Shown piece after piece: positions 36,428-45,000 of a DNA stretch of 64,000 nucleotides. Positions within the stretch are counted from its first letter, which is position 1. Every line of letters starts with the position of its first letter. This stretch comes from an uncultured virus (IMG/VR IMGVR_UViG_3300034815_000029) (lineage: Duplodnaviria; Heunggongvirae; Uroviricota; Caudoviricetes), in IMG/VR virus record IMGVR_UViG_3300034815_000029, one strand, 5' to 3'. A program made the position numbers and the translations under genes. Below the pieces are notes generated by a model, which was given only the letters and a program-made list of their open reading frames with translations, was not told where the DNA came from and did no database searches.

Positions 36428-37432
36428 ATGAATGAGTTGGAGCTTTTCGCAGGCGCTGGTGGCGGAATACTCGGGTCAATGTTGCTCGGGCACAGAACCG
36501 TATGCGCCGTTGAATTCGATGCATATGCCAGATCAGTTTTATTGGCCAGACAAGCCGACGGAACATTCCCGACTTTCCCGGTTTGGGACGACGTGCGCAC
36601 CTTTGACGGAACACCGTGGCGCGGAATTGTTGACGTGGTTTCGGGAGGTTTCCCGTGCCAGGATTTGTCGGTTGCGGGGAAAGGGGCAGGACTTGATGGA
36701 AAGCGCAGCGGATTGTGGCGAGAAATGGCGCGGATCATTGGCGAAGTACGACCCCGCTACGCATTCATTGAAAACAGCCCAGCTCTCATTACTAGAGGAC
36801 TTGACCGGGTGCTCTGTGATCTTGCCGCGCTCGGGTTTGATGCGCGATGGGGTGTGCTCGGAGCTTCCGATGTTGGCGCTCCGCACAAGCGCGAGAGAAT
36901 CTGGATATTGGGCTACTCCCGCAGCTTCGGACGGGACACGGGGAGGAAAAATCACCGACAAGATGACGGGGCAATCATTGGTTCAGATGGTCAACACGCC
37001 AGCGAAGTGGCCGACACCAACGGCGAGCGACCACACGGGGCCGGGATATGCCGCGCAGGGCGGGTTGAATTTGAGGACGGCGGTTGCTCTATGGCCAACC
37101 CCGACAGTCTGCGGGAACTACAACCGCAATGGAGCGAGTGCATCGAGCGGGGATGGGTTGGCAACTGCTGTTCGGACGTGGCCAACAGCAACAGCATACA
37201 AGGGCTGGAGTCAGAAACACAACCGAGCGAACACGGACGACCGGCTGGATTATTCGGTGGAACGCGAGAATTTCAGCATTGGCCAGCAGACCCCGCCGAT
37301 GCGCCTGAATCCAAATTGGGTCGAGTGGTTGATGGGTTGGCCAATCGGGCAAACAGAATTAAAGCCATTGGAAACGGGCAGGTTCCGAGAGTTCGAGCAG
37401 CAGCATGGCGGATTTTGACGCACAACGGCTGA
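36428..37432 (+). CDS. C5 cytosine DNA methyltransferase (alpha polypeptide), cassette H
   Basis: LFAGAGG, GGFPCQD, IENS, HKRERIW, IGNGQVP. Confidence 0.92.
   Translation: MNELELFAGAGGGILGSMLLGHRTVCAVEFDAYARSVLLARQADGTFPTFPVWDDVRTFDGTPWRGIVDVVSGGFPCQDLSVAGKGAGLDGKRSGLWREMARIIGEVRPRYAFIENSPALITRGLDRVLCDLAALGFDARWGVLGASDVGAPHKRERIWILGYSRSFGRDTGRKNHRQDDGAIIGSDGQHASEVADTNGERPHGAGICRAGRVEFEDGGCSMANPDSLRELQPQWSECIERGWVGNCCSDVANSNSIQGLESETQPSEHGRPAGLFGGTREFQHWPADPADAPESKLGRVVDGLANRANRIKAIGNGQVPRVRAAAWRILTHNG
36432..37418 (+). CDS. Overlapping +1-frame ORF, putative beta polypeptide of the MTase
   Basis: Open along the whole gene; WPTP repeats; motif IX-like LNPNWVEWLMGWP. Confidence 0.65.
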   Translation: MSWSFSQALVAEYSGQCCSGTEPYAPLNSMHMPDQFYWPDKPTEHSRLSRFGTTCAPLTEHRGAELLTWFREVSRARICRLRGKGQDLMESAADCGEKWRGSLAKYDPATHSLKTAQLSLLEDLTGCSVILPRSGLMRDGVCSELPMLALRTSARESGYWATPAASDGTRGGKITDKMTGQSLVQMVNTPAKWPTPTASDHTGPGYAAQGGLNLRTAVALWPTPTVCGNYNRNGASASSGDGLATAVRTWPTATAYKGWSQKHNRANTDDRLDYSVERENFSIGQQTPPMRLNPNWVEWLMGWPIGQTELKPLETGRFREFEQQHGGF

Positions 37433-37504
37433 GGTAACCCGGCCGCGCCGCTTTTGGCGCGGTCCGGTGAGCGAAGCGAACGAAGGTTGACCGATGGGTT
37501 AGAA
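37420..37504 (-). repeat. attC I (85 bp)
   Basis: GCACAAC...GGTAACC...GGTTGACC...GTTAGAA. Confidence 0.85.
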
Positions 37505-37525
37505 GGCATTTTGATCGGAGCGAAC

Positions 37526-37864
37526 ATGAACATAGCAGAAGCGGCGGAGTGGCTTGAGCAAATGAGCAGCGAGAAGGCCGCACAGATTGTGCTTGAGCAC
37601 TACCACCTGAAACAGCACTTGTGCGCCCAACGCCTCGGCGTGCCGACCGGCTGCGACGATTGGGTTGCGCGCGCCATTGAACGCGGCGAACACCTGCGGG
37701 AATGCGAAATGCAACTGCGGCTGCTGCTCGACAAGGGGAGCGCGATGCTGGCGGAAGTGAAGTGGAAGACGCGCCACACGGAATGCACCAACTGCCGAGG
37801 CACCGGCCGCACTGGCGAAAATGCTTGCTGCATCTGTCGCGGGACGGGCGCTCGTGCCTTCTAA
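37526..37864 (+). CDS. Protein with DnaJ-type CxxCxGxG zinc finger, cassette I
   Basis: CTNCRGTG...CCICRGTG. Confidence 0.75.
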   Translation: MNIAEAAEWLEQMSSEKAAQIVLEHYHLKQHLCAQRLGVPTGCDDWVARAIERGEHLRECEMQLRLLLDKGSAMLAEVKWKTRHTECTNCRGTGRTGENACCICRGTGARAF

Positions 37865-37924
37865 CGCTGGCGTAACCGGCGCGGAGCCGAAGGCGGAGCG
37901 TCCGCGTTGACGCAAATGTTAGGC
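37859..37924 (-). repeat. attC J (66 bp)
   Basis: TTCTAAC...GCGTAAC...GTTGACGC...GTTAGGC. Confidence 0.85.
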
Positions 37925-37935
37925 ATGGAGTGACG

Positions 37936-38286
37936 ATGAAAGTAAAAGATTGGCACGAACCCAAAGACCAAATGTGCAACTTGGGGCGGCATAGTTGGAG
38001 CGTGCCGCGCCTGTTTGAGCTTGCGCGAGAACTCCCGGTGATGGACGTTCCGCTCAACCACCTGAGCCTGTACTACACCTACGAGAAGCTGACGCTTCGG
38101 GAAATGGTGATGCACATGCGTGCGGTCAATGACGCCGACCTAGAGAAGCCCATCATTTTGGACGAGGACGGGGAACTGATGGACGGACGGCATAGGCTGA
38201 TGAAGGCGATGCTGCTAGGAAACGAAACGATTAAGGCGGTACGGTTCGACGAAAACCCGTCGCCGTGCCAAGTGCGAGATGCCTAA
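37936..38286 (+). CDS. ParB/Srx N-terminal-like protein, cassette J
   Basis: PIILDEDGELMDGRHRL. Confidence 0.78.
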   Translation: MKVKDWHEPKDQMCNLGRHSWSVPRLFELARELPVMDVPLNHLSLYYTYEKLTLREMVMHMRAVNDADLEKPIILDEDGELMDGRHRLMKAMLLGNETIKAVRFDENPSPCQVRDA

Positions 38287-38346
38287 CTTAAAGTAGGCGT
38301 CATGCCGTGCATTAACTAATCGAGCAAAACCAATACAGGAGCCAAC

Positions 38347-38550
38347 ATGCCAAGCTTTAAGCCGGACTTGAGAATCACCGTACAAATTGGCGAAGCATCA
38401 TTCTCCATCGGCGGTTTGCTCCTGCCGGATGGCCGGTATCTTATCAAGCGAGGTCGGGTTATTTCCAAGAAAATGCCACGCGCCAGCCTGACAAAGATAT
38501 TTGAAGTGGCTCGTAAGTGGGCGGTTAATCAACGAAACATGGCTAGATAG
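38347..38550 (+). CDS. Hypothetical basic protein
   Basis: AGGAG RBS. Confidence 0.6.
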   Translation: MPSFKPDLRITVQIGEASFSIGGLLLPDGRYLIKRGRVISKKMPRASLTKIFEVARKWAVNQRNMAR

Positions 38551-38554
38551 TTTT

Positions 38555-38720
38555 CATGCTTACTTGATATATTGCCAGCTTGCTAGGCTGCCTTCTTGCT
38601 GGCTTGCAATCTTGCCAGCTTGCTGGTTGGCCTACTTACTGACTAGTTTTATTGCTTGCTGCATGGCTGGATTGCTGGCTTACAAAACGGCTTGCTTGTT
38701 ATCTGATTTGTCTGCTACAA
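38555..38720. repeat. Degenerate short-period repeat tract, putative parS centromere
   Basis: Many TTGC/TGCT/GGCT units directly upstream of parA. Confidence 0.6.
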
Positions 38721-38750
38721 ATACAGTATGTCGTCACCACTGGAAAAATA

Positions 38751-39395
38751 ATGGCTCAGATATTCGCCGTTGCAAACACCAAGGGGGGAGTGGGCAAGAC
38801 CACTACCGCCGTACATTTCGCCGCCTGGCTGTCGTACCGCGGCAGAACCCTGCTGATCGACACCGACAAGCAGGCCACGGCAGGCTCATGGTCGAGCTGG
38901 CGCCGGGATAACTCCCTGTCGCATAATCCCGACACCGTGCTGCTTCTCAATGACATGGTAGCCAAGGAGGGGAGGGCGCTGGCCAAGGGCTACGATTACG
39001 TGGTGATCGATGCCGGTGGCAAGGACAACCAGGGTATGCGCTACGCCATGCTGATCGCCGATAAGGTGATCGTGCCAATGTCGCACTCGAATTTCGATTC
39101 CGCAGCCTGGACCGACATGTCCGAGATCATCGAGGGCGCGAGGATCAATAACCCGAATCTGGCCGTTCAGGTGTTCATGTCCCGCATCGACACCCGGCGC
39201 CGGCCGCCGCAGGATCTGCGCGACTACCTGGCCGAGCAGCAGGTTTCCGTGGCTGATACACAGATCCCGGAGCGTGCCGCCGTCCTCGCCGCAACAGACC
39301 GGGGCATGGCTGTGTTCGAGATCCGCAAGTCGAGCCCGGAGGCGATCGCCTTCGATGATCTGTTCAACGAGATCATGGGAGGCCAGCATGGTTAA
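38751..39395 (+). CDS. parA: Short (type Ib) ParA ATPase
   Basis: KGGVGKTT, LIDTDKQ, YVVIDAGG; no N-terminal HTH. Confidence 0.9.
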   Translation: MAQIFAVANTKGGVGKTTTAVHFAAWLSYRGRTLLIDTDKQATAGSWSSWRRDNSLSHNPDTVLLLNDMVAKEGRALAKGYDYVVIDAGGKDNQGMRYAMLIADKVIVPMSHSNFDSAAWTDMSEIIEGARINNPNLAVQVFMSRIDTRRRPPQDLRDYLAEQQVSVADTQIPERAAVLAATDRGMAVFEIRKSSPEAIAFDDLFNEIMGGQHG

Positions 39396-39735
39396 GGGTA
39401 AGCCGGACTTATCGCACCTCACACCTTCAGCTATCGAGTTCGCCCAGGCCGCAGACAAGCCAATTATTCCGCCTCGAACAATGGCTGAGATTTTCTCTGC
39501 CGAAACAGAGCCGGCTGCGCGCAAGCACGATAAACAACAAGACCGCATTGCGCCACTCCAGGAGGGCAAGGTAGCCGCGCCGTTGCGTCTGGCCCCATCC
39601 GTACAGCAAAGAATCCGCCGGCTGGTATTCGAGCAGTCAGAGCGGCTAGGGGTGAGGGTGACGGCACAGGACTTCATGGAGTCGGCCATCATGGAAAGAT
39701 TGAGCCGGGAAGAAAAGAAGGTTGATCGTGCGTAG
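39388..39735 (+). CDS. Putative small centromere-binding protein (RHH-like)
   Basis: Overlaps the parA stop; flexible N-terminus and beta-alpha-alpha-like C-terminus. Confidence 0.6.
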   Translation: MVKGKPDLSHLTPSAIEFAQAADKPIIPPRTMAEIFSAETEPAARKHDKQQDRIAPLQEGKVAAPLRLAPSVQQRIRRLVFEQSERLGVRVTAQDFMESAIMERLSREEKKVDRA

Positions 39736-39739
39736 ACCG

Positions 39740-40033
39740 ATGGAGCGAAGCGAAATTATCAGGATGGCGCGCGAAGCTGGGATAAACTTTGACCCGGCCG
39801 GACCATCCGATGACGGTATAGATACTTGGTACGGAAACCAGTATCTACCAAGTGGGGCTATTCGGCGATTAATAGAAATCGCACAAGCAGCAGAGCGTGA
39901 GGCGTGTGCGAAGTTGTGCGAAGAACTGATTGCGCCACAGGGAACGGGCAGTCCAAGCGTGTACGAGGTTGCAACCATGGATTGCGCAGAGGCCATTCTG
40001 AATCGTGCGATGACCGATGATGTTCGGGCCTGA
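39740..40033 (+). CDS. Phage hypothetical protein
   Basis: IIRMAREAG...AEREACAKLCE...CAEAI. Confidence 0.7.
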   Translation: MERSEIIRMAREAGINFDPAGPSDDGIDTWYGNQYLPSGAIRRLIEIAQAAEREACAKLCEELIAPQGTGSPSVYEVATMDCAEAILNRAMTDDVRA

Positions 40034-40608
40034 GTCCATATTCGTCGTGCAACGACCGATATTCATCCGGGCAATGACCGATAAGGCTACAAGCCACAAG
40101 CCAGCAAGGGCAGGGCAGGGCGGTGAATTTTGAGTCACGCTAATCCGGTTTTAATACATCTTAATACCGGCGAACATCGGTCAACGCACGAAACATTGGA
40201 GAGCAACATGACAGACAGAGAACTGCTGGAATTGGCTGCAAAGGCATATTGGGGTGATGAAATAGGAGATGTAGTGTCGATCTGCTATAGCGAACTGGAT
40301 GAATCAATTGCATTCACTCATGGCGAAAACCAAGACCATAACGGGCATGACCGCACGCTTCTGTGGAACCCGCTCACAGATGACGGTGACGCGCTGAGGC
40401 TGGCTGTGAGGCTCAAGCTGGAGGTTGCTATCCATGAAACTGAATCCGGCGTAATCAACGGAAACCTGATCGGTGGAATAGAGAAACATGGCGACGACCC
40501 ATACGCCGCCACTCGCCGCGCAATCGTGCGAGCGGCAGCAGAGATTGGCAAAAGTGTAGTGGCGCCAAACTAACGGTCATTGCACGAAGATCAACGGTCA
40601 TTGCACGA
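40003..40608. repeat. Six 16-bp iterons, putative oriV
   Basis: Consensus AWCGGTCATTGCACGA: inverted at 40003, 40045, 40067; direct at 40176, 40572, 40593. Confidence 0.75.
40208..40573 (+). CDS. Phage hypothetical protein
   Basis: MTDRELLELAAKA...WNPLTDDGDALRLAV...ATRRAIVRAAAEIG. Confidence 0.8.
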   Translation: MTDRELLELAAKAYWGDEIGDVVSICYSELDESIAFTHGENQDHNGHDRTLLWNPLTDDGDALRLAVRLKLEVAIHETESGVINGNLIGGIEKHGDDPYAATRRAIVRAAAEIGKSVVAPN

Positions 40609-40659
40609 ATCCATGTCTTGCAGCTCTGCTATGATTCAGGCGTGAAGAAGGGGAGGGGT

Positions 40660-41496
40660 ATGGCATCGGAACTGGAAGAACGGGTTAAACAGATGGCCGC
40701 TCGTGCAAAGACCGTGGCTGTAGAGACTACGCTGCAGCTCCCGCTATGGCGCGAGGACGTGCGCGGACTGCCTAATTCGCTTGCCCGGTCCGCCCTGTTC
40801 AATGTCGCCAACAAGAAAAAACAGCGCGAGTTCTTCAAGAAGAAGCTGATCGCCTCGGTCAAGGGCGTCGAGATCGTCTACCAGGGCGAAGAGCTGCGCC
40901 AGATGGACGAGGATGTATTTCTGCAGATGCTGCACATATCCCGGATGCAACCGCTGGGCGAGTGGGTCGAGTTCAAGGCGCACGCCTTCCTGAAGGCCCT
41001 TGGCTGGTCACCGAACAGTCGATCCTATGACCGGCTGCGCGAGTGCCTGATACGCTTGTCTACCACGACTCTGACGGTGAAATTCGCGGACGGCAAGCAG
41101 GGCTACGGCGGCTCGCTGGTGCGGAAATTCGCCTGGACGGAAGAGGACGGCGCAACAAAGCTGCAATTCTGGCGCGTCTGGCTGGAAAAGGAAATCATCA
41201 GCCTGTTCGGGCCGGTTGATTACACCCGTCTGGATTGGGAGCAGCGCCTGAGTCTGCCGCCCCTGGCCAAGTGGTTACACGCTTTCTACTTCACCCACAG
41301 AGAACCGCTTCCGTACAAGGTGGAAACCCTGAAAACCCTGTGTGGATCTGACGCCAAGACGGTTTACCATTTCCGCAGCGACCTGAAAGCGGCACTGCAG
41401 ATCCTGAAGGACATCGCTTTCCTGTCAGACTGGCAGCTCGACAGCCGGACCGACACGGTACGCGTGGTGAGGAACTTCAAGAACCTCGTGCATTGA
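40660..41496 (+). CDS. trfA: TrfA-family plasmid replication initiator
   Basis: QLPLW clamp-type motif, PNSLARSALF, YQGEELRQ.DEDV, LAKWLHAFY.TH..P. Confidence 0.85.
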   Translation: MASELEERVKQMAARAKTVAVETTLQLPLWREDVRGLPNSLARSALFNVANKKKQREFFKKKLIASVKGVEIVYQGEELRQMDEDVFLQMLHISRMQPLGEWVEFKAHAFLKALGWSPNSRSYDRLRECLIRLSTTTLTVKFADGKQGYGGSLVRKFAWTEEDGATKLQFWRVWLEKEIISLFGPVDYTRLDWEQRLSLPPLAKWLHAFYFTHREPLPYKVETLKTLCGSDAKTVYHFRSDLKAALQILKDIAFLSDWQLDSRTDTVRVVRNFKNLVH

Positions 41497-41585
41497 CCGA
41501 GGCGGCGGTTTGTGTTAAAACAAGAAACGCATTTTTAATCAATTACTTAGTTCGTGTAATGTGCATTATGTTAAATGAGGTAAAA

Positions 41586-41852
41586 ATGAAAACGCTGCTG
41601 ATAACATCGCTCCTGATTTTGCTCGCCGGATGTGCGCCTGGCTTGCAACAAAAGCCCGTCACCTTGCCGAATGGGGCTCAAGGGTTATACATCTCTTGCA
41701 ATGGTTCGCGTTCTGACTGGACCATGTGCTATGAAATGGCGGCTAAATCCTGCGGCGGGAAATACACGATCATCGAGAAGAAGGAAACCAACACGCCTGA
41801 TGATGGCGGGCCTATCGTGAAGCGCTTCATGATGGTCGAGTGTCCAAGATAA
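41586..41852 (+). CDS. Small lipoprotein
   Basis: LLAGC lipobox; Cys pattern. Confidence 0.75.
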   Translation: MKTLLITSLLILLAGCAPGLQQKPVTLPNGAQGLYISCNGSRSDWTMCYEMAAKSCGGKYTIIEKKETNTPDDGGPIVKRFMMVECPR

Positions 41853-41857
41853 CGATC

Positions 41858-42046
41858 ATGGACAATGCCGTAATCCCGCTCTTTGTCGTCGCGTTTGCTG
41901 GCTATGTGTATTACGTGGCCAGGATGGACAAGAGCGACCAGGAGTCGCACCTGTTCAAAGTCTGGATAGGACTGGCCCTGATGGGCGTCGCTTCCCTGGT
42001 GCTGACAGCAATCTTCCCGGAATTACGGGGTAGCGGGGGTGGATAG
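41858..42046 (+). CDS. Small two-TM membrane protein
   Basis: Two hydrophobic segments. Confidence 0.5.
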   Translation: MDNAVIPLFVVAFAGYVYYVARMDKSDQESHLFKVWIGLALMGVASLVLTAIFPELRGSGGG

Positions 42047-45000
42047 CGCGCGCACCTTATCGTTGAACTTGGTCATCTTCGCGGTAATCTGCGCCTCGAT
42101 CTGCTTGATCTGCGCTCTCGGCGCTTCTTTTTCGATCAGCATCCGCTTCTGCTTGTTCAAGTGGCGCACAATATTCTCCGCTTCGTTGGCCGGTCCGATC
42201 AGTTTGGATTCTGGATTGTCGGTAATGTAGCTGCGGTACTCTTCGTGATGGGTGGCGCGCCCCTTGATTTCCGCTTCGTGGCCATTAATCCGCTTCAGGT
42301 TGTCGTAGAAGCGCCCAGCCTGGCTCGCGCCTTCTTCGGCGTCGCCGTATAACCTGCCCAGCAATGGGCGCTTGTAAGCCGGCAATTCCTCTCCACTGAA
42401 CATCGATTCCCCGGACTGTACTACCTTGGACGCCTCGCGTCCGACGCCGCCGGTTACCTGCCCGATCAGGTAGTCGATCTGGTCCGGCGTCGGGCTGGCC
42501 TTGCCGGGCTGGTAATCTGTGCCGCCGGTCAGGGTGTTGATCGCCTCCGCGGCCCAGCGCGCGTAGAAGCTGCTGGTATTTTTGGCACGGGTGAAGCCTG
42601 GCGTCGGGTTCATGCCGTTCCGTTCCTCACGGTAGATCGGCTTACCGGTCCAGTCCTTATTTTCAGCCAGCGCCGCAATCGGGTCGATCAGCGTCGGGGT
42701 GATGGTTTGCAATGCCGTTGCGCTGCCTATCGGGTTGAATGCGCTCATCAGTATACCGAGCAGCTGCGCCGCCTTGTCGCCTGGATGCCTGAATCCGCCC
42801 AGCGCCAGTTCGGTCGCCAGCCGTCCGATGTTGGGGATGACGTGCAGACCGAGCGGCATGGGGATAGTCAGGTAATTCTTTTTTCCGGATACCGGCGTGA
42901 GCGGAATAATGATGTTGCGCTCGCGCACGAATTCAGGTGGCTCGTCGTCATCGAATCCCGCCATCGCCAGCGCCAGCGCTTGCATCACGCCGATGGTCAG
43001 ACCGCCGAGGATGATCTTCTTACCGGCTGGCCCTTTGAGTGCTTCCGCCATCCGCGCCGTTCCCTGCATCGAGGCGTTGAAGAAGGCGTACAGCGCGCCG
43101 GCCTGTGAGCCCATTCTCCCCTTCCTATTAAAATTAACTGTCAGCGTCTTGGCCAGACTAGCGGCGCGCGGCTTGCTCATGCCGTTATCGATCGCCGTCT
43201 TGTAGGCTGCCAGGCGTACCGAGTTCTCCATGGTTTCGTTGTAGTCAGAAAGCCAATCAAATATCGCCCGGCCAGCGTGCTTGAGCTTTCCTTCGCTGAT
43301 CTGAGCAATCTCGCTTTGCAGCGCCTTGGCACGGTCCTCGCTGGTGCGGAACAGTTCGCTATAGCCAGTGGTGCCGCCTTCGTTCTGCATTTCTTCCCAC
43401 AGCGTCGCCCACTTCGAGGATGGGGTAACGCCCTTGCGGTGATCGCGGATATCCGAATAGATCCCGCGCATCGCAGACAGGGTGTGCTGCAGCACTTCTT
43501 TCTGGTGTCCGGCAATCGGCGTTGATGAAAGGTTGACCAGCGCCCCCTGGATGTCTCGGGTGACGTTCATCAGGCCGAAAATCGGATTGTATTGGGTATT
43601 GATGCTGGCGAAGTAGCGGGTACCCTTGGCGGCCAGCCCGAGTACATGGCCCAGGTCGTCCATGTCCAGGTTCTTCATCGCCGCCGCCATCCTCATGGCG
43701 CGCTCGTCGCGCTCGTTGAACACAACGGCATGCTCTTCCACCTTGCCGGTTTGCGGGTTGACCATGCGCGAAACCACGACATTCTCTCGGCTCTTGAATA
43801 GCGGGTCTGCCTGCGTTACAACGGTATTGGTATCCTCGTCCAGCACGCGCTGAGAGGGGGCCTTGTCGGCGGTCCAGAAGTCCGGGTTTGGGTTGGTCTT
43901 GGCCAGCCCGTACAGCGCCAGCGCCACCCGGTTCTTCTCGCCGCGGACTACGGCGCGCTCGCGCTGCATGGCGATGTTGCCGATGATGTCCACCACCTTG
44001 CGCTTGCTGCCCGTCCGCGCCTTGCTGGATGATCCGCGCACAGAGAAGCCCTGCCCGGTTCCCGGGCCACTGCCGACATCCTCGCGGAACAGCGGGACGT
44101 AATGCTGGTAGGCATCAGACCAGGATTGAATGGTATCGCCCGACTCGATCCGGTAGTCAACCAGTGTCTGGCGCGTCTTGGCGATCATCGCGTCCACCTT
44201 GCCGGCCAGCAGGGAGAGGGTTTTCTTGCGCTCCGGCGCCAGTCCATTCAGGTAGTCGTCGGCCTCCTGGTTGGTCATGCCTGAACCGCCGTCCTGCATA
44301 TCCGGGTTACCAGGATTGATGTCGGCAATGTGCTGGTTCGCTTCCTTGGCGTGGCGGGCGTGCAGATATTCCTCCATCTGCGCAATATCCACCCCGCGCT
44401 GAGTCATTTCCACCAGCAGCGGCTTCAGCTCCTGTGTCTGGAAATCGGAAACCCGCTTGGCGGTGCGTTTGTGGTACAACTCTTCCTGCAAGTAGGGGTC
44501 GAATGAATCCTTGATCTGTCCGTTCTTGTTGATCGCCTCGATCACGCGCTTGGTATCGACGTGCTTGTCCTGCAGCTCGTAGATGATGTTATCCATCTTC
44601 GACGCTTCAGGCGCATCCCAAGCGGATTGATTGACGTGAGGTGTTGCGTTGAGACCTAGACCGCCTTGACGCGGGGTAATGGGTGCAGGTTTGCCGGGGA
44701 TATTTAGGTTGGCTTGACGGCTGGCCAGCGCCACATTCTCCCCGCCAATAGCTTTCAGTTCGCCGCCATCGATGACGTGCCGCCCAGCTTTAGCCAGCAG
44801 CGCTATCACATCTGAATCCGTCCACTTGTCGGTAATGCCCCACTGGCGCAGCTTGCCCATGATGTAGGCAACAATCCTCTTCCAGCCGTTGAGCTTTTCG
44901 ATGGCGACTTCACCCGGCATGTCGGCCAAGACTTCTTCAGTGGCCAGCGCGGCATCATAGCCGTACTGCTTCATCAGCTTGTCAGCCTCGATGCGCACGC

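Larger units (their letters stand above)
33384..38292 (-). mobile_element. Integron-type cassette array lacking intI: 10 attC sites, 10 cassettes (A-J)
   Basis: Each ORF is separated by an AAC...GTT imperfect palindrome, and each cassette has complementary core sites. Confidence 0.9.

Noticed and set aside
33095..38057. Minus-strand ORFs containing NPSIERD, NKALNLAP or NPSVNLRS as the real cassette genes
   Set aside because: These peptides are just attC translations. The recognisable proteins and RBSs are all on the plus strand.
33384..38292. CRISPR array or plain terminators/REP elements
   Set aside because: The units differ in sequence and length, flank whole genes, lack U-tracts and show attC boxes with cross-gene core complementarity.
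38501..38911. Leu/Ala/Cys-rich ORF upstream of parA
   Set aside because: It is a translation of the short-repeat centromere-like tract.
40565..40610. CTAAC at ~40570 as another attC
   Set aside because: No palindrome or partner GTT box; the sequence is the direct iteron pair.
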